In this document: positions 53,668 to 64,000 of the stretch, piece by piece
Layout of the letters: each line of letters begins with the position of its first letter
How positions within the stretch are numbered: the first letter of the stretch is position 1
Assembly: GCA_963817385.1 (NCBI GenBank)
Contig: CAWFOM010000010.1
Span: 379,676 to 443,675 of the forward strand
DNA: 64,000 nucleotides
From: an uncultured delta proteobacterium
GTDB lineage: Bacteria; Desulfobacterota; Syntrophia; Syntrophales; UBA5619
Direction of reading: 5' to 3'
The notes under the pieces: model-generated
The model's database searches: none
Told to the model about the DNA's origin: nothing
The model's input: the letters and a program-made list of their open reading frames with translations, nothing else
Position numbers and translations under genes: made by a program

Positions 53668-54519
53668 TTATTTGCAATCCGCTTGTTTCAGATAATCCCT
53701 GAGGGCGCTCCGCCAGAGGGGGAGGGTCATTCCGCTTACGGCAGTGAACTTCCGACAGTTCAGTACGCTCCAGGAGGGGCGCAGAGCCGGCCGGGCAAGC
53801 TTTTCGGAGCCGATCGGTCTGATGGTGACGTCGTTCATGCCCGCATATCGTACGATTTTGCGGGCAAATTCATACCAGCTGCACCGGCCGCGGTTGGTCA
53901 CATGAAAAATGCCGGTATGGCCTCCTTCGATCAGGAGCTCAACGGCGGCGGCAAGATCGCGGGTATAGGTGGGGGATCCGATCTGGTCATCAACGACCTC
54001 CAGGGTCTTGACGGTGGATGCCTTCTCCAGGATGGTCTTCACGAAATTGTTGCCATGACTGCCGTAAAGCCAGGCCGTCCGGATCAGGATGAATCGTTCG
54101 GCAAGGTCCCGGAGAAATTGCTCACCTTCCCACTTTGAGGCCCCGTAGACGTTGAGCGGCGCCGGCAGGTCCTCTTCGACATAGGGGGTCCTCTTCCGGC
54201 CGTCGAAGACGTAATCGGTGCTGAAATGGACGAGCGTGATCCCCCTGCCCCGACAGGCCAGGGCGACGTTCTTCACGCCGGCGGCATTGACGGCAAAGCA
54301 CCTCTCCCGGTTTGCTTCGCAGCCATCCACGTTCGTATAGGCGGCCGCATTGATGACGACCTCCGGCGAACACTCCGCGACCACACGCCTGCAATCATCC
54401 GCCGAGACGATGTCGAATGCATCCACGTCCCTTCCCGTCACGTCGTGAGCCCTCATCAGCCGGAGCATCAGATCGCTCCCCAGCATCCCCTTGTGTCCTA
54501 AAATCAGAATCTTCATCAA
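53668..54519 (-). CDS. rfbD: dTDP-4-dehydrorhamnose reductase
   Basis: GHKGMLG, NAAAYT, STDYVFDG, YGASK, DQIGSPT. Confidence 0.93.
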   Translation of the reverse strand: MMKILILGHKGMLGSDLMLRLMRAHDVTGRDVDAFDIVSADDCRRVVAECSPEVVINAAAYTNVDGCEANRERCFAVNAAGVKNVALACRGRGITLVHFSTDYVFDGRKRTPYVEEDLPAPLNVYGASKWEGEQFLRDLAERFILIRTAWLYGSHGNNFVKTILEKASTVKTLEVVDDQIGSPTYTRDLAAAVELLIEGGHTGIFHVTNRGRCSWYEFARKIVRYAGMNDVTIRPIGSEKLARPALRPSWSVLNCRKFTAVSGMTLPLWRSALRDYLKQADCK

Positions 54520-54532
54520 TACCTCTTCTCCT

Positions 54533-55273
54533 TCACCGGTATTTCACTTCCTTCAGAAACAGTCCCTGCGGCGGCGCCGTGAGTCCCGCCCGTCGTCGAT
54601 CCTTCAGAGCGAGGATCTCGGCCATCTCCTTCGGGGAACATTTTCCCCGACCGATATCGACCAGCGCCCCGACGATGGTTCTGACCATATACCTCAAGAA
54701 GCCGTCGGCTTCTACGGAAATATGGATCATGCCGGAGGTGTCCTTCTCTGCGGTGATGGCGATGATCGTCCGGATGCGGTCCTGACTGTCCGTGTGGGTC
54801 GAGCAGAAGGAGGAAAAATCGTGCGTCCCCCGGAAAACGGGGAGCGCCTCGGCTATTTTCGCCAGATCGAGGGGCTCCCAGATGAACCAGGCGGTGTTTC
54901 GCTCCAGGGCCGAGCGGACCGGCCGGTTGCAGATCCGGTAGAGATAGACCTTGCTCAGAGCATCGTAGCGGGCATGAAAGGAGAGGGGGACGTCGCACAC
55001 TTCCCGGACAACGATATCCGCCGGCAGAAGGCTGTTGATTCCCATCAGCAGATTCCTCTCACCAAGGCGGGAGACAGTCCGGAAATGGGCTACTTGATTG
55101 AGGGCGTGCACCCCGGCATCCGTCCGCCCGGAGGCGATCACCCGGATCTCCTCGCCGGTCATCCGGCCGATGCACTCCTCGAGGACCTGCTGGATGGTGA
55201 TACCGTTTTCCTGACGCTGCCAGCCGCAATAGGCGCCGCCGTCATACTCGATGACCAATCTGATATTCCGCAT
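54533..55273 (-). CDS. truA: tRNA pseudouridine(38-40) synthase
   Basis: EYDG, GRTDAGVHA, FLRYMVR, APPQGLFL. Confidence 0.95.
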   Translation of the reverse strand: MRNIRLVIEYDGGAYCGWQRQENGITIQQVLEECIGRMTGEEIRVIASGRTDAGVHALNQVAHFRTVSRLGERNLLMGINSLLPADIVVREVCDVPLSFHARYDALSKVYLYRICNRPVRSALERNTAWFIWEPLDLAKIAEALPVFRGTHDFSSFCSTHTDSQDRIRTIIAITAEKDTSGMIHISVEADGFLRYMVRTIVGALVDIGRGKCSPKEMAEILALKDRRRAGLTAPPQGLFLKEVKYR

Positions 55274-55300
55274 CGATGGATTCCGATCCGTACTGAAAGG

Positions 55301-55328
55301 AAAAAGGGGAAGACTCACTTCCCCTTTT
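55301..55328 (-). terminator. Terminator-like hairpin in the truA leader
   Basis: AAAAGGGGAAG-TGAGT-CTTCCCCTTTTT on the minus strand. Confidence 0.55.
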
Positions 55329-55340
55329 GTCATTGGGGAG

Positions 55341-55370
55341 GTTATACGTGAGGAGCGCGTTTCCCGTCAA
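55341..55370 (-). promoter_or_regulatory. Sigma-70-like promoter upstream of truA
   Basis: TTGACG-18 nt-TATAAC. Confidence 0.55.
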
Positions 55371-55521
55371 GCCATAAAGTGTCCGGAGGTTCCGGAGATC
55401 CCGCGCGCCTTTTTTCCGGTGAGCAGGGGAAGGTAATTTGAGACACAGGACTAGGCGGGATTTGATGGTACTTGTAGCGACAAAAGAATATATGGATAAC
55501 GTGCTTTCTCTAACATATAAG

Positions 55522-55583
55522 ACATAACGAAAAGCTCACGGGGAGGCGCGCGTGCGCCGATCCCGTGCAGCGGCTCGTTAGCT
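55522..55583 (-). mobile_element. attC site (cassette 3)
   Basis: AGCTAAC-gagcc-GCTgCACGGG...CCCGTGAGC-ttttc-GTTATGT, with an extrahelical G. Confidence 0.9.
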
Positions 55584-55724
55584 GTCTCTCCGCGGTGGAG
55601 GTGGGGGCGGCGGAGGTGGGGGCGGCGGTTTCACACTTGGAGGTGGTGGATTATAATTTAGTCCGTCATTTGTTGACCGTCTTGGTGGACTCGGTGGTGG
55701 CGGGTTTGGCGCTTTCTTGCCCAT
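55578..55724 (-). CDS. 48-aa proline-rich micropeptide (not in the ORF track)
   Basis: MGKKAPNPPPPSPPRRSTNDGLNYNPPPPSVKPPPPPPPPPPPPRRDS*; GGAGG 6 nt before the ATG; TAA lies inside the attC inverse core. Confidence 0.72.
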   Translation of the reverse strand: MGKKAPNPPPPSPPRRSTNDGLNYNPPPPSVKPPPPPPPPPPPPRRDS

Positions 55725-56328
55725 GCTTTTCCTCCCATGTCTTTTTCATGAATTCTACCCATTTTACCTGTTTTGCATCAACAAGCATAGTCTCAATGCC
55801 TGTTGTGGGAATTTCTTTTCCTTCGGGGTCTAACCAAGAAACATCAGTTATCAAAAAGTGGCCGTTATTTGGATCGCTCGGCCATTCCAGCGGCCAGCCA
55901 TATAGTCGCCTTTCATCTTCAAAATGAAGCACAATATAGGTAACATTTTTTAGAAATGCACCGAACCACTCGGAAGGATATGATGTTTCTCGCGTTATTC
56001 TTAGTCTTCGAAAAATCTTGTGAAGCTTATCATTATTGGCAAAATAGGAAAGAACAAGCCCAAAGAGTATGGCACAGCAAACCGACCACACCATACTAGA
56101 AACCTCGTTCCAAGCACCAAAAGCATATAAATGACCAGCATAGATGAGAATCCCCTTTAGCAAATAGAGGATCGTCTGAATGATAACAGTGAAGATCAGT
56201 GCTTGTACAACTCGCTCGAACTGCGAAGGCTTTGGGTACGATGTGAATGCATAAAATAGCCAAGCGGAGATAAAGCCAGGCAAAAGATACTGAAGCAAGA
56301 GAACGATGTCTTTAGTTATATTTTCCAT
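55666..56328 (-). CDS. Cassette membrane protein resembling DUF6338
   Basis: LLPGF N-terminus, about 3 TM segments, then a beta-rich tail (VLHFEDERRLYGW...VKWVEF). Family assignment from memory. Confidence 0.65.
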   Translation of the reverse strand: MENITKDIVLLLQYLLPGFISAWLFYAFTSYPKPSQFERVVQALIFTVIIQTILYLLKGILIYAGHLYAFGAWNEVSSMVWSVCCAILFGLVLSYFANNDKLHKIFRRLRITRETSYPSEWFGAFLKNVTYIVLHFEDERRLYGWPLEWPSDPNNGHFLITDVSWLDPEGKEIPTTGIETMLVDAKQVKWVEFMKKTWEEKHGQESAKPATTESTKTVNK

Positions 56329-56335
56329 TTTCCTC

Positions 56336-56391
56336 AGCTAACACAGAATTCACCGAGCGCGGCGCCGCTCCGGTGAAATGACTCGTTATCG
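56336..56391 (-). mobile_element. attC site (cassette 2)
   Basis: CGATAAC-gagtc-ATtTCACCG...CGGTGAAT-tctgt-GTTAGCT. Confidence 0.9.
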
Positions 56392-56392
56392 A

Positions 56393-57250
56393 TTATTGAT
56401 AAATTGAGTACACCTGTACCTTAAGTCCATTCTGTGCATTCTCTACAGAGAGAGCTTTCAAATTCTTAATGTCATACAATAAGGGTGTTTTATTTTTTCT
56501 GTATTGGTAAGTAGGAGGATGGAAAAACAGTCTACCTGAATTTACTGCTGCTGCTTCCCATATCGCTTTGATTTCTGCACATGTTTTAAGATATGGAAAT
56601 ACTCTGTTTTTATCGCTAAATATTTCTTCATATTCCTTTTTAAGCTTGATAACTATTTTTTCGATAGTCTCCAATTCGCTAAAAGGAGGTTCTGAAACAA
56701 AATCACAATTAATATATTCATTATTATGAATCAACAAATAATAATTCAGTTTTTTTAATAAATTATCAGTAGCCTCAATAAATGTTGATACGTCTGGCAT
56801 TAGATTAGGACCTAATGCCGTGTTATTTAGTTGAACATTCTTCTGTAATTTGTGGAAATCCTGCAAAGCTGCGTTCAGATAAACAGATTTCCCTTTAACT
56901 TTATCTGAGCTTTGAAGATTGAAGTCCCGGTAATTGAAGTCCATTAATTGATTAGCCGCGTGGAATGACGTGCTATACGTTTTAGCGAGACTGCGTACCA
57001 CTATTTCTTTTGTAGGTGCGAATTTTGTTTCATCAGATTTGTGCTCTGCATTCTGTGATATTTCAATTGAACTTCTTATCGTTGCTCCAATAAAGAGAGC
57101 TGATAAAATCGACAGATTTACTACCAAGATAACTTTATTATAATTGCCGTCTTTATTAAAGATCCACCCAGACAAATGAGCAGTAACAAACCACATTAAG
57201 AAGGCTATAAATGCACCAACGAAGTTTGTGATTATTATTTTCCATTCCAT
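56393..57250 (-). CDS. Cassette hypothetical protein (2 N-terminal TM segments plus soluble domain)
   Basis: 285-aa AT-rich ORF filling the cassette; the stop codon abuts the attC. Confidence 0.75.
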   Translation of the reverse strand: MEWKIIITNFVGAFIAFLMWFVTAHLSGWIFNKDGNYNKVILVVNLSILSALFIGATIRSSIEISQNAEHKSDETKFAPTKEIVVRSLAKTYSTSFHAANQLMDFNYRDFNLQSSDKVKGKSVYLNAALQDFHKLQKNVQLNNTALGPNLMPDVSTFIEATDNLLKKLNYYLLIHNNEYINCDFVSEPPFSELETIEKIVIKLKKEYEEIFSDKNRVFPYLKTCAEIKAIWEAAAVNSGRLFFHPPTYQYRKNKTPLLYDIKNLKALSVENAQNGLKVQVYSIYQ

Positions 57251-57291
57251 AATCTATTGACCCTAATTTTTTAGTGTAGAGCTATTCAAAT

Positions 57292-57358
57292 CGATAACGC
57301 CTGCATAACCGGGAGTCAATGCCGGTTGTTGCCGATCCGGTTCATGCGGTTGTTAGAT
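57292..57358 (-). mobile_element. attC site (cassette 1)
   Basis: ATCTAAC-aacc-GCATgAACCGG...CCGGTTATGC-aggc-GTTATCG, with an extrahelical G. Confidence 0.9.
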
Positions 57359-57924
57359 TGCCTACTGTTATTGCAATTATCGATGAGCTCTTCCAAGTCA
57401 GATATGTATATGAGTCTTTGCTGTGCCAAATCAAGGAACTTCTCTATGCCTGCCTCAGTACCAAGGGACAGATTATCGATTTTTACCCCCTTTATGGCCA
57501 ATCGATGGGCTATTTCAACCCTTGCCGTGTTAATCTTATAGAAGTCCTTGAATATGGCTTCACTGTCGTCGCCCCACAAAAGCGTTCCTAATGGCTTGAT
57601 AAGGCCCAATTTCTTCGAGAAATCCAGCTTTTCGACGTAATTGGCTATTTCATCACGTGCAACCTCGTTTACGGGTACTCCATGTCTGTTCTTAGTACTC
57701 ATTTCTGGAAGGTGATTTGTCAGCCACTTGATTATAAGTCCGTTTATTCTCTCCTCAATCATTAGATGGGACACTAGGACGACCGAGATAGACTCGACGT
57801 CATGGTTCGAATAATTTGGACTTATCAGTTCGCGTATTGTCTGAGCAACTCTTCCAACTGGAAACTCAAAAAGAGTCTTTAGCCCCAAATGCTCGGATAA
57901 GCCTGAATTGTTCTCCTTATCCAA
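57316..57924 (-). CDS. Cassette hypothetical protein, possible HEPN/MtlR-like fold
   Basis: AGGAGG before TTG 57924; HLMIE...FSKKL...INTARVEIAH (R-x4-H). Confidence 0.55.
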   Translation of the reverse strand: MDKENNSGLSEHLGLKTLFEFPVGRVAQTIRELISPNYSNHDVESISVVLVSHLMIEERINGLIIKWLTNHLPEMSTKNRHGVPVNEVARDEIANYVEKLDFSKKLGLIKPLGTLLWGDDSEAIFKDFYKINTARVEIAHRLAIKGVKIDNLSLGTEAGIEKFLDLAQQRLIYISDLEELIDNCNNSRQSNNRMNRIGNNRH

Positions 57925-58367
57925 CTTGTCCTCCTGCGTCTGCAATGAGTCAAAGGTAATCTAACGATTCTAAAGTTTCCGGATAACTCCACGCCCCACG
58001 GGAATCTTCAGGGCTCTATGCAATGACCATTTATCTGTTGTCTTTGCACTCGCGGACTACCGGCTTCCCCTATCCCTTTGTAAGTATTCTGAAATGACAC
58101 TAATCTCTTGACGATTTTTTCACAACCATTTATTTTTATCTTTCCGTATATCATGTCAATATAAAGATTATGAAGAATATGGAGGATTCCATCGGCGGGC
58201 CGCTTCGTATTCTCTGTCCTCCCTGAATCCCTGCAGGACCTCGGTCAGGATGTAAACATGAACGAAGTGAGGGATTTTACGAAGCAAGGGGGATGACGTC
58301 ACCGGCCAGGATGACTTTATCGCCCTCCAGGGTATCGAAATGTCTTCTAATGCTTTTTTGTGCTGCA

Positions 58368-60342
<1,975 letters not shown>

Positions 60343-60372
60343 CAATTGCTCCTGCAGACCTGCCGAAAAACC

Positions 60373-61079
60373 TCAACTGACATTCACCTGCGAAAAGCGG
60401 CGGAGAATGACCTCCCCCAGCACAAGATCCTCCGGGGTGGTCAATTTGATGTTGTCGCTCTCGCCGGGGATCATCCGCACGGGAACCCCCATCCTCTCCA
60501 CCAGAGAGGCATCGTCGGTGCCGGAAAAACCCTCCTGCACGGCCTTTTCGTAGGCCGCCAGGATGAGCGGCCTGCTGAAATGCCTGCGGGGTCTGCGTCA
60601 GCCACAGCCCTTCCCGGGGCACGGTTTTCACGACCCACCCGGCAGCGCTCACCTCCTTCACGGTATCCTTGACCGGCACGCCGATGGTCGCGGCGCCGTA
60701 CTGATCGGCGGCGGTCACGGCGCGGCGGATCAGTTCCCCGGAGACGAAGGGCCTGACGCCGTCATGGACGAGGATGATCCCGTGTTCATCGCGCACATGG
60801 AGCAGGGCGTTTCTCACGGAATCCTGTCTCTCCGCTCCGCCCGCGAGAACCCTGCTGACCTTGGCAAGACCGTGCCTCGCAACGATCTCGCTTCGTGACC
60901 TCCGGGATGTCCGCTTCCGGCACCACGAGGTAGATCTCATCGATAACGGGTGCGGATTGAAACGCCCGCAGGGTGTGGACGAGCACGGGAACACCCGCCA
61001 GCGGCAGGTACTGTTTCGGAACCGAGCCTCCCATCCTCCTGCCCGCCCCCCCGGCGGGAATGATCGCGAGCGTCTTCAT
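60373..61079 (-). CDS. ispD: MEP cytidylyltransferase (frameshifted)
   Basis: AGGAGRRM..PKQY, GGAERQDSV, HDGVRP, QTPQ. Confidence 0.92.
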
Positions 61080-61091
61080 GACCTGTCCCGG

Positions 61092-61128
61092 AAAATAATA
61101 AAGCCCGGCGATTGCATATCGCCGGGCT
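61092..61128 (-). terminator. Terminator-like hairpin after the PIN-TRAM gene
   Basis: AGCCCGGCGAT-ATGCA-ATCGCCGGGCT followed by TTATTATTTT. Confidence 0.6.
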
Positions 61129-61138
61129 CGCGAAACCG

Positions 61139-62164
61139 CTACTGTTTCGTTGCGCTATAGGGTTTCTTTTCCGCAACGACCGATTTCAGTTCCGAAAAGA
61201 TCATCCTTCCGGCGGTCGTCTGCAGAACGCTGGTCACCAGCGCCTCCACATTCATCCCCTGGTATTTCTGGGCGTTGTCCACGATGATCATCGTGCCGTC
61301 GTCCAGATAGGCGACCCCCTGGCCCGGTTCCTTGCCGTCCTTGATGATCTTGACCGTCATCAGTTCGCCCGGCAGGACCACCGGTTTCAAGGCGTTGGCC
61401 AGTTCGTTGACATTGAGGATCTTGATCCCCTGCAGTTCGGCCACCTTGTTCAGGTTGAAATCGTTCGTGATGATCTTGCCGTTCGTCTTCTTGGCCAGGG
61501 CCACGAGTTTGGCATCCACCCCCTTGATCTTGGGAAAATCGTGGTCGACCACATCGATATAGATGCCGCTGCTGCGCTGCATGCGGTTGAGGATATCGAG
61601 TCCCCTCCGGCCCCGGGCCCGCTTCATGGAATCCGAGGAATCGGCGATGTATTGCAACTCGTCGAGAACAAAACGGGGGACCATCAGATTGCCTTCCAGG
61701 AAACCGGTGTCGGCAATATCCGCAATCCTGCCGTCGATGATGACGCTGGTATCCAGTATCCGATAATCGCTGATCTCCTTGGCCGGACCCCAACCGAACA
61801 GGGCGACTTCCTCAACTTTCTTCGATCCGAGGACAAGCCCCAGGTACCCCATGATGCCGGTCAAAAGCGCGTAGATCCAGGGGACAACCTGTCGTTTTTC
61901 CATGATATTACTAACAAAACTCAAACCGTAGGCAAATAAGAATGCTATCAGCAGGCCGATGATCATCCCCACCACGCCGCCCAGTATGACCCGCAAGGAG
62001 ACCTTTCTGATGGCCTGTTCGATCTGGATGACAAACAGGGCAATCAACATGCCTAAGCATAATCCGACAACCCATTTCCACCATTGGTCATAACTGTGAT
62101 ACGCAATCGAATACCCGCTTGCGGAACAGGTCAGGATTAAGAGGAATCTCACGATCATACCCAT
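61139..62164 (-). CDS. Membrane PIN/TRAM-domain protein (YacL-like)
   Basis: [33 protein letters not shown]. Confidence 0.9.
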   Translation of the reverse strand: MGMIVRFLLILTCSASGYSIAYHSYDQWWKWVVGLCLGMLIALFVIQIEQAIRKVSLRVILGGVVGMIIGLLIAFLFAYGLSFVSNIMEKRQVVPWIYALLTGIMGYLGLVLGSKKVEEVALFGWGPAKEISDYRILDTSVIIDGRIADIADTGFLEGNLMVPRFVLDELQYIADSSDSMKRARGRRGLDILNRMQRSSGIYIDVVDHDFPKIKGVDAKLVALAKKTNGKIITNDFNLNKVAELQGIKILNVNELANALKPVVLPGELMTVKIIKDGKEPGQGVAYLDDGTMIIVDNAQKYQGMNVEALVTSVLQTTAGRMIFSELKSVVAEKKPYSATKQ

Positions 62165-62332
62165 TCACCTCCCTTCTGTCGGCATTATGATCCGCCTTTT
62201 TCCGATCCGATAGAGGACCACGGAAATGCGGCATCCCTGATTTTCTCAACACATCTGTAATTTATTCTGTTGTCCACTCTATTCTTCTTTTCAAGAACAG
62301 TCCCGAACAGCGTGGCATGGTGAGAGCATGAA

Positions 62333-62818
62333 TCATTGCACGGTAAAGATCCTCTTCAGATCTTCTTCCACCTTCGTCTCTTCGGCGTTGCTCGCGACCG
62401 AGATCTCTTTGATGAGCAGGTTTTTTGCCGTATCCATCATCTTTCGCTCCCCGAAGGAGAGGTTCTTGTCGCTCTTCAGTATGAAGAGATCGCGAAGAAC
62501 ACGGGCAATTTCGAATACCGACCCCGTCTTGATCTTCTCCAGGTACTCCCGGTACCGCTTATTCCAGGTCTGTTTGTCGATCGTCACGTCCTTGTTCCTG
62601 AGGATCGCGTAGACCTTAGGGATTTCTGTTTCCATGATTACTTCGCGCAGGCCGACCGATTTTGCGCTATTCATGGGAATCATGATCTTCATGCCGTTTC
62701 CCATGATTTTCATGACGTAAAACAGTTGCTTGCTTCCCCCGACATCCCTGTGCTCGATAGCCTCGATGATCCCTACACCCTGTGCCGGATATACCGCCAA
62801 ATCTCCCACCTTGAACAT
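62333..62818 (-). CDS. carD: CarD-family transcriptional regulator
   Basis: FKVGDLAVYPAQGVG, WNKRYR, LSFGE. Confidence 0.92.
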   Translation of the reverse strand: MFKVGDLAVYPAQGVGIIEAIEHRDVGGSKQLFYVMKIMGNGMKIMIPMNSAKSVGLREVIMETEIPKVYAILRNKDVTIDKQTWNKRYREYLEKIKTGSVFEIARVLRDLFILKSDKNLSFGERKMMDTAKNLLIKEISVASNAEETKVEEDLKRIFTVQ

Positions 62819-62932
62819 TTTCACACCATTCAAATTTTATTTTGAACTTAGTAGGTTATCACACTTCAGTTGAAACAGTCAACACGATTTCCGTTTTCCA
62901 CGCCGGCACATACTATCCCAATTCCTTTTCCA

Positions 62933-64000
62933 TCAGATATAACTGCTCCTGATCTTCGCAAGATCCCCCTCAAGCAGGCTTTGGTCCTTCCCCCGGTACC
63001 CTTCCAGAATCCGGCCGAGACGATCATAGGTATGACGGTCGGCCAGATCAGCGAGACGCCGGTAGATCCCCATCCGCCTTCCCAGTCGGAAGATCATCCT
63101 CTCCTCTCCGGAGAGGTGAACAAAGCGGTCGATCACCCCCAGAATCCGCTCACGGTCGCCGGGAAGCTTCCCCTCCAGCTCCTCCAGGAGATTCAGGATA
63201 TGATCGCTGACGACCTCCGACTGGATCCCCTCCAGCGTCTCGAAGAAGAGCCGGATCTCGCGGAGGATCGCTTCATCATCGAGCGGCTGGAATTCCCCGT
63301 TCCGGACCTTCTCCGCAAGCCCGGTACCGGGAACAACCTGAAGGGTGCGCAGACGGATGTGGTCGGGGTTGATCAGGTTAAGCACCCGAGCGGTCTCCAC
63401 GGCGTGCTCTCTCGACCACCGGCTCCCCCCCAGGCCGGGCATGACATACTCGCACAGGGAGATCCCCGCCTCCCGGATCTTCAGCCCCCCCTCCACCTGT
63501 TCGGCAGCGGTCACCCCCTTCCGGATAAACTTCAAGAGCGGATCGTAACCGCTTTCCATCCCTACATGGATCCGGGAAAGCCCCGCCTCCCGCAGGCGTT
63601 TCAGTTCCTCCACCGTCTTTTTTGCTGCGGTTTTCGCGCGGGCATAGGTGGTGATCCGCCGGACCGAGGGGAAGGTTGCGCGAATGAAGGAGATCACCTC
63701 CTCCAGGTCATCCGTCTTCATGACCAGGGAGTTGGCATCCTGCAGGAAGACGGACTCTCCTCCGGAGACAAGCCATGCCGCAACAGACCGAAGTTGTTCG
63801 TCATACGCGCATTGACGATCGAAAAGACTGCCGATGGTCTCCCCGCCGACCTGCCCCCCCTCCCCGTTCATACCGGCCAGCGCACGGACACGCTCGGCTG
63901 TTCCGGCTATTCGGAGGATCTCATCCTTGATCTCGGCAACCGGGCGCAACGAGAAGGTCTCTCCCTGATAGGTATGGCAGAAGGCGCACCGATTCCAGGG
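62933..64000 (-). CDS. Radical SAM protein (5' end beyond the window)
   Basis: The window end reads PWNRCAFCHTY (part of CxxxCxxC); FLQDAN, HVGMESG, SDHILN. Confidence 0.85.
   Translation of the reverse strand, partial: PWNRCAFCHTYQGETFSLRPVAEIKDEILRIAGTAERVRALAGMNGEGGQVGGETIGSLFDRQCAYDEQLRSVAAWLVSGGESVFLQDANSLVMKTDDLEEVISFIRATFPSVRRITTYARAKTAAKKTVEELKRLREAGLSRIHVGMESGYDPLLKFIRKGVTAAEQVEGGLKIREAGISLCEYVMPGLGGSRWSREHAVETARVLNLINPDHIRLRTLQVVPGTGLAEKVRNGEFQPLDDEAILREIRLFFETLEGIQSEVVSDHILNLLEELEGKLPGDRERILGVIDRFVHLSGEERMIFRLGRRMGIYRRLADLADRHTYDRLGRILEGYRGKDQSLLEGDLAKIRSSYI

Larger units (their letters stand above)
55522..57965 (-). mobile_element. Integron cassette array without adjacent integrase (CALIN), 3 cassettes
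   Basis: Three attC sites separate co-oriented AT-rich ORFs; each cassette start is complementary to the inverse core of its own attC. Confidence 0.9.

Noticed and set aside
61139..62164. PIN domain as a toxin-antitoxin or defence gene
   Set aside because: It is the conserved YacL-like PIN-TRAM gene in the usual carD-ispDF neighbourhood.

Overview
GC-rich window from an anaerobic bacterium; gene content suggests a Syntrophales/Desulfobacterota-like organism (inference). Many single-base indels hit even essential genes (valS, gltX, ispD), which points to long-read errors rather than pseudogenes. From left to right it holds: the 3' end of mobA; a RACo/ASKHA-type corrinoid activator; an Ehr (hydrogenase-related, Ni-site-less) membrane complex operon whose small subunit has lost 3 of 4 Fe-S cysteines; a sigma-54 activator; and two divergent Hdr-MvhD-MetVF operons. 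One mvhD carries an in-frame UGA (selenocysteine), and the operons share a near-identical 1.42-kb hdrCB inverted repeat that brackets a potentially invertible 6.4-kb segment. Next come two-component genes, folD and fhs, then a sigma-54-type operon encoding a SucCD-like CoA ligase, a small Fe-S protein and a CitE-like lyase, followed by GlcDEF. A housekeeping block (coaE, coaX, nadC, valS, miaA, mutL, rfbD, truA, gltX, ispDF, PIN-TRAM, carD) ends the window. Between gltX and truA lies an AT-rich integrase-less integron array (CALIN) with three attC sites. Its last cassette pairs a DUF6338-like membrane protein with an unannotated 48-aa polyproline micropeptide whose stop codon lies in the attC core.
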